Below the pieces are notes generated by a model, which did no database searches, was not told the DNA's origin, and saw only the letters and a list, made by a program, of their open reading frames with translations. A stretch of DNA of 64,000 nt, taken from positions 4,053,462-4,117,461 of the forward strand of contig NC_057755.1 of NCBI RefSeq assembly GCF_004010195.1, given 5' to 3'. This document shows, piece by piece, positions 12,061-23,132 of this stretch. The first letter of the stretch is position 1. Every line of letters starts with the position of its first letter. The position numbers and the translations under genes were made by a program. The DNA is from Chiloscyllium plagiosum. Lineage: Eukaryota.

Positions 12061-14689
12061 GTCAGGCAGGGGGTGGTGGAATTTGTTTTGCATCGGCTCT
12101 GTTGCAGCGTGCGAGAGCAGTAACTTTGGAAGGGGTAATATAGAATTACATTTCAGTCTGAATGTATGATCAGAGTCCGGGGCATAAAATGGAGATGTAT
12201 AGTTGGGGCATAGTCTGATTGACTTGAGGAGTTCGTTTATCAGATCCTCAGGAGTTACACTACGTGTCTAAATGCGTCACTTCTGTTCTGATAACAACTG
12301 ATTAATTACAGAACAAGCAGACCCCAGACAGGAATCCAGCTTGATGGATAACAACCTTATTTGTTTTGATTTAATAAAGAGATCTCTTGCTGAATCGTAA
12401 TCACAAAATGCTAAAAATACTGTTTCCACAGCAAAACCGACACCTAGAACAAAATAAATGATGCTAAAATAGAATAAACCAAACTATAGACTCATAACAT
12501 AGACTCAAAGACACGCAGTAAATGTATAATTCTAATTCATCTCAAAACAATGCATAAATGAAAATAATATGACTTTTATATCTTATACAAACCACAACTC
12601 CCAGTACTGTTCCAAAGAAAATACGCGTTTTATAACACTCACACAGAATCCCTATAGCTCACACTTGGTTAAACGACTGGTGTCTGCCATTTTTTCACAC
12701 TGAAATGCAGTAAACGTCTTTCTGGACATACCACACAACTGATTGTTTTTGTGCTCACCTTTAAGTAATCTCTTCAGGAATTTTTTTTAACCCAAACACT
12801 TCGATCTGAGATCAACACGAAATTTACACTCCAATGTAATGTTATTGACTAAATATCTCACTCCCTTCTCATCAGTGCAGATCTATACATCCACATAGTT
12901 CCAGGTCTTACAAAGACTAAAATAATTACAACAATGATAAAATTGAAACTAAAAGTTTCCCAGTTAAGAGTTTTATTCTTATTGTCAGATGCCAGTACTC
13001 TCCAACAAATCTTTAAAACTCCATTAATACCATGCAGAATTGCAAACAATTAAAAATTTACAAAAGTTGATTCGTGCACAAAGCCATTTATCCGACAGCC
13101 AGACTTCAATCACAGTTTTCAAAACAAATTGTTGTGATTACATAAATACCAACAATTAGCTATTAACTTCAGAATCACAGAGAAGCCTACTGTTTATTCA
13201 CTCAAAAACCAGAACTAAACTCCCCAGAAATGTTTTTGAACTCTCTACATAAAAAAATACAAATGTTTATATTTTTCCAAAGTGACTAATTTCCTTAATT
13301 CCATTGAAACTCTCCAGAATCTCCGAATGAAATGGAAATTTCTAGAATGTTCCCAGGAGAGATGAATAATTGCACCCAATTTCCCAGGCTATTCCTGTGG
13401 AGTCTGCAATGTTTGGGATTCTACAGGGTCCATGTAATCTAGACTAAGTTGCAGATCGTCTGCCTCTGTGTGAGGGTGTAGACAACATGGATTCTCTGTT
13501 TAACAACAGCTGTTGCATGAAGGGATAATAGCTGGTGAATGGAGACCACGCATTGTAGGTCTTAATAAATTCCACACTTGAATAGGATTCCTCACCTTGC
13601 ACTGATAAAGTATTCCAAACCAATATAACTTGTCCAATTAAGGCAATATTTGATACAAGTAAAATAACTTACTGAAAAATATCTTCACTGGTTACATGAG
13701 CTCCACTCAATACATATCTGCCCCCTAGAATGAGTCGTGTCCTAGAGTGACTCTAAGACACACAATATCTGTACAGCAGCAGTTTAGGAAAGTCATTCTC
13801 TGTTCCCTGCAGTGCACTGGACATGTACCGCAAAGAAACCTAAAATAAATAACTGCTGATTGGATGGAGGTCTTTGAAAGGAGATGGAGAGCTGAGGCCA
13901 AGAAGGGATTTGCAAACACAAGGATGCAGAAATGTCAAATTTCAGAAATGTTTGAACGGGAATCAATTTGTCAATGTGCCCTGTCGTGTTGGGGAAGTGG
14001 GACTTGGCGTGCGGACAGCTAAAGGAGAGAAAACAGAAAACAAGAATAAATATGCCATTTTATTGTTGTCAGATTAGTATTAGTGAGTCCCCCAAGAACC
14101 ATTACTCGAGACAGTATTTATAATCTCTATCAATGACTGAGATAATGCGATCATCCGTTACTTTTGCTGCTAACACAATGTTAGGTGGACAAAAACAGAC
14201 GAGGAGGCCATAGGAACACTGAAAACGGGAAAGACAGGTTCAATGAGTGAATGAGAACAAAATAGTTTGTGCAATATAATGTAGAGAAATATGAGGAATT
14301 GTTCCTTCAAATCCGTCTTGGAAAGACTTCAGGTCAGTGATAAATGTCTTGACGCTAGTCTTAAATCAAGAGGCAACAAGGAGCCTTCCTGAACATTCAG
14401 TGCCAGTAGCGTTCAGTATTCTCTTGAAAATGTTACTCCTCTCAGATCCTTCGAAATTTGAGGAATTCAACCCAGGATTTGTGTCATTTCACTCACGCAT
14501 CATTGAACCCTTGCTATCCAGCTATCATTCTGGTCACTTAAATGGACAAAACCTCCTAAGTCTCCACTCTTTATTTGTCTTTTCCATTGGTAATGTCAAG
14601 TCGGTTCTGTGTTAACATCAAATGGCATCAGTGGACAAAACTAAAATGACTGACTGACTCTTTCACAATCTTCAGTCCTGACATGACAG

Positions 14690-14785
14690 GATTCCTGATG
14701 AAGGGCTTTTGTGCGAAACGCTGATTTTCCTGCTCCTCAGATGCTGCCTGACCTGCTGTGCATTTCCAGCACCACACTCTCGACC
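14690..14785 (+). mobile_element. PLE-derived mini-element fragment with degenerate hammerhead
   Basis: attcCTGATGAagggcttttgtgcGAAACgctgatt..gatgctgcctgacctgctgtgcatttccagcaccacac. Confidence 0.75.
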
Positions 14786-15494
14786 CTGACATGGCAGAGT
14801 CCAGCATGATATATTGTCTCAACAGTGCCCAGCTTCAAGGATGTTTCAGAACAACATCAGCACATCTTGGGGTTCAGGAGAAATATGGGTGGGACAGGGG
14901 CAGGAGTGGGAAAGTGTGGAAAGTGAAAGGCCAGAGGTGGTGATACACATTGGCATCAACAATGTTTACTAGTAAAATAACCTTACTCTGAACGACATCC
15001 CATCGTTAATTACCCTTCATTTACGAATGCACAGACTTTGACAATAGTCTCTCATTGGTTCAGGCGTTCAGTATCTCAATACCCATGACATTCACCCTGC
15101 ATGTCAGGCAGGCCTCCCTGATTGGACCACATTAACAGCCTCAATCAAGGAACGATGCAAAGTACAACTGTCTGACCTCATTGCAAACATTACCTGGAGA
15201 AAAAGCAATTAGCTTCTGAAAGTAGAAATTAGCAAATCAGGCAAGAAATTGAAAAGTTGATTCCTGGGGTACTCTGAATGCTCATTTAACTTTTGAAAGT
15301 GTGGCTGGAAAGATAGGTTCAAGGAAGAAGGGCTTTGGATGTGTCAGTTATTGGTGAGATTTCTGTGGTTGGTGCGATCCGATTACATTGGAAACATGGA
15401 ATGGTCTTTGCTACTCTTCTGGGCAGGTCCTCACTAAAGAATCCGTTAAGTGATACATAATTGAATGGAACCAGAGCCGTTGGACTGGGGTGGA

Positions 15495-15612
15495 CAAAGT
15501 TATAAATGACACAACACGAGGTTATAAGCCAACGGTTTATTTGGAAGCACTATCTGGTCCTTCCAAATAAACCTGTCAGAGTATAAGCTGGTGTTGTGTG
15601 ATAGTTAACTAA
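15495..15612. mobile_element. PLE-derived fold-back element (second subfamily)
   Basis: Imperfect inverted repeat acacaacacgaggttata..tttatttggaag / cttccaaataaacctg..tataagctggtgttgtgt. Confidence 0.6.
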
Positions 15613-15789
15613 GTGATATGGTTATTTTCGAAAACTCACTTTTATTACGTATTGCTTGTGATGATGTGTGAGGTATTTGGACAGAAATACCACATTGAAA
15701 GGACTAACTTATTATATCTCATAGCCTTGAATTGAGACAAGAGCACAGATGTAAGCACACAGCAATTTAATATACTTTCGCCAAAAATT

Positions 15790-16285
15790 ACGGACACAAT
15801 GCAATAGCATGATTTCACAACATCGTTGTAGTGGGGAAGAGTGATCACCCACTGGCAAGGATTGAGGATTGTCTGTCTGACAGAAGGGTGAAAGGTTCTC
15901 TTTTTCAGAATGGCAGTGGGTGACAAAGTGCTGGGATCGCAGCTGTTCACTTTATATATTAATTATCTGGATGACGGGACTGGGAGCATTCTGGCAAAGT
16001 TTGCCGATGATACGAAGTTAGGTTTACAGGCAGGTAATACTGGGGTGGGGGGGTGCAGAAAGTTTTAGACAGTTTAGGAGAGTGATCCAGGAACTGGCTG
16101 ATGAAATTCAACGTCAGCAAATGCGAGGTCTTACACTTTGGACAAAATCAGACAGGCATGGACTCTTTTCTAAACGATGAGAAAGTTCATAAAGCCAAAG
16201 TATACTGGGATCCAGGAGTGCTCGTTTAGGATTCTCTAAAGATTAACTTGCAAGTTGAGTCCGTGATTAAGAAAGTGAATGTAAT
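15790..16285 (+). mobile_element. CR1 LINE RT fragment
   Basis: gtgctgggatcgcagctgttcactttatatattaat..aagtttgccgatgatacgaag (KFADDT motif). Confidence 0.8.
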
Positions 16286-16693
16286 CGTAATGGAAAACTA
16301 ACAAAATTAACATTTGCTCTGAAATCCATTTAATCTGAAATCAAAAGACAATGCTTTACTAAATGTAAAACTTTGCAATTTTGCTGAAGTCTGCAGTCGA
16401 GGGACAGTTTGTCTCTGAAGAACTTTGTAAACTTCAACAAGAGAAAAATATAAGAGCAGTATGTCCACAACAAGGGAATGAAAAGAATAAGAACTCAACA
16501 TTTCATAGTCTTTGTCCTTGATACTGTGATAAGAAACGGTATAAGAAGTATTTCTGAATTAAGCTCAGGGCTCTTGCACAAGGCATTTTTGTCAAGTGCA
16601 TGTGGTCCCTCTGCAATGCAGAGGTTAAAATTAATAAAGCTTTTTGGTTGCTCTTGCTAATAGTTGAGTCGAGGTCATTTAATTTCCACGACA
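16286..16693 (+). repeat. ERV 5' LTR
   Basis: Imperfect terminal inverted repeat (c)GTAATGGAAA..TTTCCACGACA; TATAA 16449-16453; AATAAA 16633-16638; followed by a PBS. Confidence 0.72.
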
Positions 16694-16700
16694 GTAAACT

Positions 16701-16718
16701 TGGGGGCTCGCCTGGCAC
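16701..16718 (+). promoter_or_regulatory. Primer binding site, tRNA-Pro
   Basis: tgggggctcgcctggcac, 14/18 match to TGGGGGCTCGTCCGGGAT, first 10 nt perfect. Confidence 0.75.
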
Positions 16719-17231
16719 CCTGCAACTGGGTGAGATTCTGAAGATTCCCAGGAGGCGCAGGCACCAGCGCCTGAAGTTCTTTCACTTCATCTCGAGCGCT
16801 GAATTGTCCCTTTTGCGTGAGAGGACCAGAAAACCCAGCGCCAAGGTCCAAACTGAATCGGGTCTGGGTAAGAGCCGTGGCTTAAGAAATCCTAGATAGG
16901 GACTCATTCTCAGGGAATAAATAAAGCAGGAAAAGTGTCCAGCAAAGTTTCGGGAGGTATTTGCGCAAAAGCCAAGGGAAGGGGATTGCCATCTCTGGAG
17001 TGTTTAACAGACAGCAAGTTTAAGGGGGGTTTTAGACTTGGAACCACCACTGGCTGAGTTGGACTCGCCAAAGACGTACCGGTTACGTGGTTTATTGGTT
17101 TATGAAAACCAAAGCATTGCGGCGGAAGCGCCCAATATGAGAGGGGACCTCCGGAGGTGAAAAGCAAGTCAAAGGGAAAAGGATACCACGAAAGAGAGAG
17201 AAAGCTGAACACTTTCCAAGTAACGCTGAAA

Positions 17232-18454
17232 ATGGGCTCCGGCAAGAACAAACAAAAAGAGGGTCCACAGATGACTTGAAATGGTCAACCAAATATACAA
17301 TTAAGGCCCGCAGTCTGTAAACCAGTTAGAATTGTGGATTAAGGAATGTGGTTTTCCAGAGGTGGAAAATTTTAGTAAATGGCAGTTAGAAATATTGAAG
17401 TCGAAGTTGGAGGAGAGAGAGAAGGAGAAATGAAAGGGGAAAATAGAACCTGTGAATTGGAGTGCTTATAACATGTGGAAGGCTGAGGTTGATTTCAGGG
17501 AAAGGAAATCTCAAGTGAAGGATAGATCAAATACGCATACAAACACCAGCGCACATGCAGACGTGCGCAGAAAACAATCTAAAGACGCTGTACAATGTAT
17601 TAAGTCTATTTTTGATCCTTACCTTGATGACTGCCCTCCGAGACCTACAGCCGCCACTACGAGATCCGCCTGGTGAAGGTTCCATGTCAGCGGCCACCGA
17701 CTCAGGGACTGCTGAATCACCAGTAACATCTCGTACCCGCAACAGATTGAAGCAAGAAGCCTAAAAGAAGTATAAGTGGCCGGCTGCAAACGTCCATGCC
17801 AGAGTATCCAACCCACAAGTGGAAGATAACGAAGACTTTAATGCTTTTGTTGCAGCGCTGGCGACCGCCTGTAGGGAGGCATTCCCAGTGCGAATGGATA
17901 TGACCAAAATAGCAATGTGAAAACAACGAGAAGGTGAGGCAGTTTCCCAGTACCTTACGAGTCTCACTGAAGTCCATAACGCCCATAGTGGACTGAGACC
18001 ACCTGAAGACACAATGGCGGAAGAAATCACGCCGTATGAGGCACACCTGTGGAACAGCTAAATAAATGGAATGAAGGATGAAATAACGAAAAACGTAAAA
18101 GACACATGTATTACTTGAGAGACAGGAAAGCTTAATTTGATAGAACAGCATACGATACATGATGATAAGTTGCTTACCCAAGAGAAGGATAAGTGGAAAT
18201 TGAAGATGGAACAGCAAGCACATAAAGCTCAGGTTACTCTGATGCAGATGGTCGCCCAACCGTTGGAGGGAGGTGCTGTGCAAAAGGAGAGAGGAAGAGG
18301 TGCTGTCAGAGGTAAATCTGGCGGGTGCTTTGTTTGTGGAACAATGGAATCACTGGGCGAGACAGTGGACAATCGGCCTGTCATAGACAGCCTCGATCGG
18401 CCCTGGAGACTGAGCGACAGGGTAACTGACAGGGGAAGGCTGAGGTGGAGGTGA
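17232..18454 (+). pseudogene. gag: Retroviral gag (frameshifted, stops, internal deletion)
   Basis: N-terminal MG, MHR-like motif near 17920, zinc-knuckle remnant near 18325. Confidence 0.75.
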
Positions 18455-18639
18455 ACAGCCAACAAGGTACAGGTAAGCCTCTTTCCTTTATGCTTGGCAA
18501 CGAAGACTGGCTTATGCTAATCTCTTCTACTAACCTTACAAGCACTGAGACATGTCCCACCTCTATATTGAGTGCTGAGATTGCGACGTGTGGACAATAT
18601 GTCCAATAGAACAATGAAGCATATTAGTCGATGCCTACC

Positions 18640-20082
18640 TCTATGATATATGTGGAAGGTAACCAGTTACCTTTTTGGTAGATGCAGGGGCGACATATTC
18701 AGTCCTTAAATCAAGCCAGTTCAGACAGTCAACGCCAATAAAGATGAGTGGAAAGTTCCTGAACACAATGGATGCATCAGGACACGTATTACGAGAGAGA
18801 TTTACCATGTTCTTGCAGAGCACAAAGCCTGTTAAAACCCGAGGCTATAGAAGGAATTATTCTAGTCTTTAAATCCCTCTTAAAGCCTGGAGTGATAATC
18901 CCCTGTAAGAACCTACCGGTGAGAACCCCCATTTTTCCAGTCAAAAAAAGCAAACAGTCCAGGTGAACGGGAGGAATGGAGGTTTGTTCAAGACTTGCAG
19001 GCTGTCAATAGCGCTGTTGTCCCCCGCGCCGCAAATGTTCCGAACCCCTATTCTATATTAGGTCAAACTCCACCGGACAGTAAATGGTGCTCTGTTGTGG
19101 ATTTAGCAAATGACTTCTTTAGTGTACCGGTACACCCAAATAATCAATTCTGGTTCACTTTTTCATTCAAAGGGAAATCATATACCTTCACGTCACTATG
19201 TCAAGGTTACTGTGACTCCCCCACGATATATAATGAGTCTCTACGCAGGTGTCTGGAGACTCTTGTTTTAACGCCGGGATCAGTGCTTCTGCAGTATCCT
19301 TATTGCTTTCCAAGAAAAAGACAGCACACAAGTCGGCACCACGTTGGCTGAGATACAATACCGTGTTATTGGAAATGCCTAACATTTCATAAAGCGATAT
19401 AATGTCCTTAACCCTTCTAGCCTTCTCCCCACAGAAGGAGACATAGACCACATGAATGTGTTGCTGTAACTAATTAAATTTGCAGCCCCAGTCCCGATTT
19501 GCAGGATTCACCACTTCAGATTCCGGATATGGAGTTTTTTGTAGATGGATCAACATTCAGGAGCAAGACGGCAGGCCAGAATATGTTGTAGTGACTACCC
19601 ATGAGGTAGTCAAAGCGGGATCACTCCCTTCTCATTTGTCAGCGCAAGCAGCGGAGTTGATTGCCTTGATGGAGGCCTGTAAATTGGCTAAGGGAAAGAG
19701 AGTGAATATTTACAAAGATAGAAGATATGCATTCAGGATTGTACATGATTTTGGAACCCTGTGGAAACACAGGAGCTTCTTAACCTCCACCGGAAAACCC
19801 ATCACCCACCGTGGCCAGATTTCTGATCTCCTGGAATCGGTCCTATTACCCAAAACAATTTCTGTTCGTACATGTGAAGCCCACACAAAAAAATAATGAT
19901 TCTATTGCGAAGGCAGATTCAACAGCAAGAACGGCAGCCCAGCAGCCGCCAAGTGATCAGATTGACATGTGTATGACAAAAATTTGTACCCCAACAGCAG
20001 ACGTACGGGACTTACAGTCACAGGCCACGCCGAAAGAAAAGCGTGAGTGGGCGAAAGCAGGATGCAGTGTGAGGGAAGGAGT
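18640..20082 (+). pseudogene. pol: Retroviral pro-pol (PR, RT, RNase H; deleted and frameshifted, integrase absent)
   Basis: ORFs 18675-18872, 18772-18966, 18995-19351 and 19480-19896 carry the motifs in order. Confidence 0.9.
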
Positions 20083-20440
20083 ATAGAACATAGAACATAG
20101 AACATAGAAGAGTACAGCACAGAACAGGCCCTTCAGCCCACAATGTTGTGCAGACCATTGATCTTCATGTATGCACGCTCAACTTTCTGTGATCATATGC
20201 ATGTCCAGCAGTCTCTTAAATGTCCCCAATGACCTTGCTTCCACAATTGCTGCTGGCAACGCATTCCATGCTCTCACAACTCTCTGTGTAAAGAACCCGC
20301 CTCTGACATCCCCTCTATACATTCCTCCAAACAGCTTAAAACTATGACCCCTCGTGTTAGCCACTTCTGCCCTGGGAAATGGTCTCTGGCTATCGACTCC
20401 ATCTATCCCTCTCATTATCTTGTATATCTCAATTAGCTCC
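20083..20440 (-). mobile_element. CR1 LINE 3' end truncating the ERV
   Basis: (TAGAACA)n tail at 20083-20108; ORF MRGIDGVD..TRGHSFKL..FFTQRVVRAWNALP. Confidence 0.9.
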
Positions 20441-20719
20441 CTCTCCTACTCCTTTTCACCAATGAAAAACAGTATAAGACGAGTATCTGAATTATGCTCA
20501 AGTACCCCTTGCATAAGGCATTTAGTCCATTGCAGACGATCCCTTTGCAAAGGCCTGCAATACAATTTTTCTTTGCTCTTGCTAGCATTTGTGTCGAGTC
20601 GATTAAATTTCCATGTCAGCACAAGATCCCCCTGTTCCTCCACACTGCTAAGAATCCTGCCTTAAACATTTTAATCTTCATTCTAAGTCAACCTTCCAAA
20701 ATGAATGACTTCACACTTA

Positions 20720-21208
20720 AAGGGTTCAGAAAAGTTTTACAAGGATGTTGCCAGCGTTGAAGGATTTGCACTATAACAAGAGGCTGAATAGGTTGGGGCT
20801 GTTTTCCTTGGAGCGTCGGAAGCTGAGGGGTAACCTTATAGAGTATTACAAAATTATGAGAGGCATGGATAGGATAAATAGACAAAGTCTTTTCCCTGGA
20901 GTCGGGGAGTCGAGAACTAGAGGGCATAGGTTTAGTGTGAGAGGGGAAAGATGTAAAAGAGACCTAAGGGGCAATTTTTTCACACAGAGGGTGGTGTGTG
21001 TACGGAATGATCTGCCAGAGGAAGTGGTGGAGGCTGGTACAATTGCAAATTTTAAAAGATATTTGGATGGGTATAAGAATAGAAAGGGTTAGGTGGGATA
21101 TGGGCCAAGTGTTGGCAGGTGGGACTAGATTGGTTTGGGATCCTGATCGGCAAGGACCTCTTGGACCTAAGGGTCTGCTTCCATGCTGTACATCTCTATG
21201 ACTCTATG
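20720..21208 (+). mobile_element. CR1 LINE 3' end
   Basis: LGLFSLERRKLRGNLIE..TRGHRF..FFTQRVV; tail ctctatgactctatg. Confidence 0.9.
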
Positions 21209-22139
21209 CCATTTCTCAGCCCAGATCTGAATCATTTCAATGACCCATTTCAACCTTCAATAGTCCGCCACTCTACCCACAATTCAACCAACCTTTGTGT
21301 CATTGGCAAAGTTACTAACCCAACCCCTCCACTTTCTCATCCAAGTCATTCCTAAAATCACATGTTGATGCACGTCTCTATATGTGTGTTCATGTGTGTG
21401 TGTATGTGTATTTCTGTGTGTTTATCTCTGCTGGCAATGGGAATCACTTTGTCCAAATGGAAGATTGAATGAATACATTAACATGTGTTGAATAAATGGC
21501 TTTCTCTCACTATCTCAGACTGTTGCTCATTTTTAAAGAGATACAATGCCCTCTCGGCTGGATTCCCCACGCCACTGCACATGCATCAGATCTATTTTGG
21601 AGAAAACATCAAAGTCTGTTGCAAAACAATGCAAGCTGAAAGTGAAAAGAAAATCACCATTCTCAGCACGAAATGGCTCACGTGAAGGTGCCTGGATACA
21701 ACTTCAGCGGAAATTCACTATTTATTGCGTGCAATATAAAAAAAAGTGTTCAAACACAAATTCCATTTTGCAGAGGGAGCACTACATTTCTCCACATGAG
21801 TATGTTCCACAGTGAGGGACCTCAGGCCAATTGTAACCATGACCACACCGGACGTGTGTGTGTGTTGATGGTGCTGTCAGTTTCGATTATGCTGTGAGTT
21901 GCTAGTGTATTTTTCTCTCTTTCTCTCTCTCTGACTGAATTCTTGAGAGAATGCCACAGCACCAGATGCAGTAGCATGGGCAGGACGGCAAAGTGTAGCT
22001 TTGTGTCAGAGAGATTTATTGCATGGGTTTGAATCTTCACTGTATGATAGGAAATGCATGCTTGCAGGCTGCAATGATGTAGCGACTCATTGGAATTTGT
22101 AAGTTTAATGTAAAAAAAAAGATAGCCCAGCATTTGCTA

Positions 22140-22250
22140 TCATGCATATTTTTCATTTATACATAACGTAATAATTAATTCAACTAGATATTTTACTGTG
22201 TTACTGAAATTCTCTCTGAACCGGGGCAATGTTGCTGCATAAATAAATGT
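22140..22250 (-). pseudogene. GPR139-like GPCR C-terminal remnant (TM7/helix 8), copy 3
   Basis: Minus strand reads TFIYAATLPRFRENFSNTVKYLVELII..*, paralogous to TFIFAATLSRFREKISNAVKYLV of copy 2. Confidence 0.75.
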
Positions 22251-22559
22251 TTGGTGGGTGGGTTCTGATAACATCATATAATCATCTGTCACAACTTCTC
22301 ACATTGAAACAGCTCACCGTTGGCTGTTTTTGTGCTTAGTATAGGGGCTGCTGTATTGTTACTGAGTACTGAGACCGTGTATATAGTAATCAAAAATTTT
22401 CTTATTAAGTATTCTGTTTAATTTCACCAGAACACTCTGAAGGATTTGGTTATGATGGACACTTACAGTGGGTTGTAAGCTGATAGGAATTACCCAGGAG
22501 GAAATTCCATTTTCCCGGAAAATTTGTGTCAATTGTGCTCTGATGGGAAATCCTCAGGT

Positions 22560-23072
22560 TCCCATCTCAACTCTCTTCCTGCGCTGGGATAAGGATTCCC
22601 TGTCAGGAGTGTGAGGGAACGTTCTCCACTTGCCTGGATGGGTGCAGCTCCAACAATCACTCAAGAAGCTCGGCACATGCAGGACAAAGCAACCCACTTG
22701 ATTGTGACCACATCCACAAACATCCACACCCTCCACCTCCGACGCTCAGGACTACGAATCTACAAGATGTACTGCAGAAATTCACCAAAGATCCTCAGGC
22801 AGCACCTTCCAAACCAACAACCACTTCCATCTGGAAGGACAAGGGCAGATGATAGCTGGGAAGACTACCCCCTGCAAGGTCTCCTCCAAGCCCCTCACCA
22901 TTCTTAGTTGGAAATATATCGCTGTTCCTTCACTGTCAAAATCCTGGAATTCCCTCCCTCTGGGAATTATGGGCCACAGCTGTTCAAGAAGGCAGCTCAA
23001 CGGGTAACCAGGGACGGGTGATAGATGCTGACCCAGCTAGCATTGCTCACATTTCAAAAATGAATATTTTTA
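22560..23072 (+). mobile_element. Non-LTR retrotransposon 3' end (CR1/L2-group family)
   Basis: cttgcctggatgggtgcagctccaacaa..atctacaagatgtactgcag..aaatcctggaattccctccct; the same family recurs at 28450, 45340, 50420, 59940 and 63200. Confidence 0.7.
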
Positions 23073-23132
23073 AAAGATCATTTCATGCTTTGGAAACAAT
23101 AGGACCCTCCTGTGGGATTCACTGTAGAGTTT

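Larger units (their letters stand above)
16286..20082 (+). mobile_element. Class I (epsilon-like) endogenous retrovirus, defective: LTR-PBS-gag-pro-RT-RNase H
   Basis: Gag ATG 17232 (MGSGK); MHR-like KQREGEAVSQYL; CFVCG knuckle remnant; protease FLVDAGATYS; RT TPIFPVKK..WRFVQDLQAVN..VPNPY..SVVDLANDFFSVPVH..F.F...YTFT.LCQGY.DSP; RNase H FVDGS..SAQAAELIAL..VNIY.D.RYAF. Confidence 0.92.

Noticed and set aside
17717..18283. 188-aa antisense ORF in the ERV as an accessory gene
   Set aside because: No recognisable motif; antisense frames of purine-rich gag are often stop-poor
20083..20108. Short direct-repeat array (TAGAACA)n, CRISPR-like or regulatory
   Set aside because: No spacers; standard CR1 3' microsatellite tail, eukaryotic context
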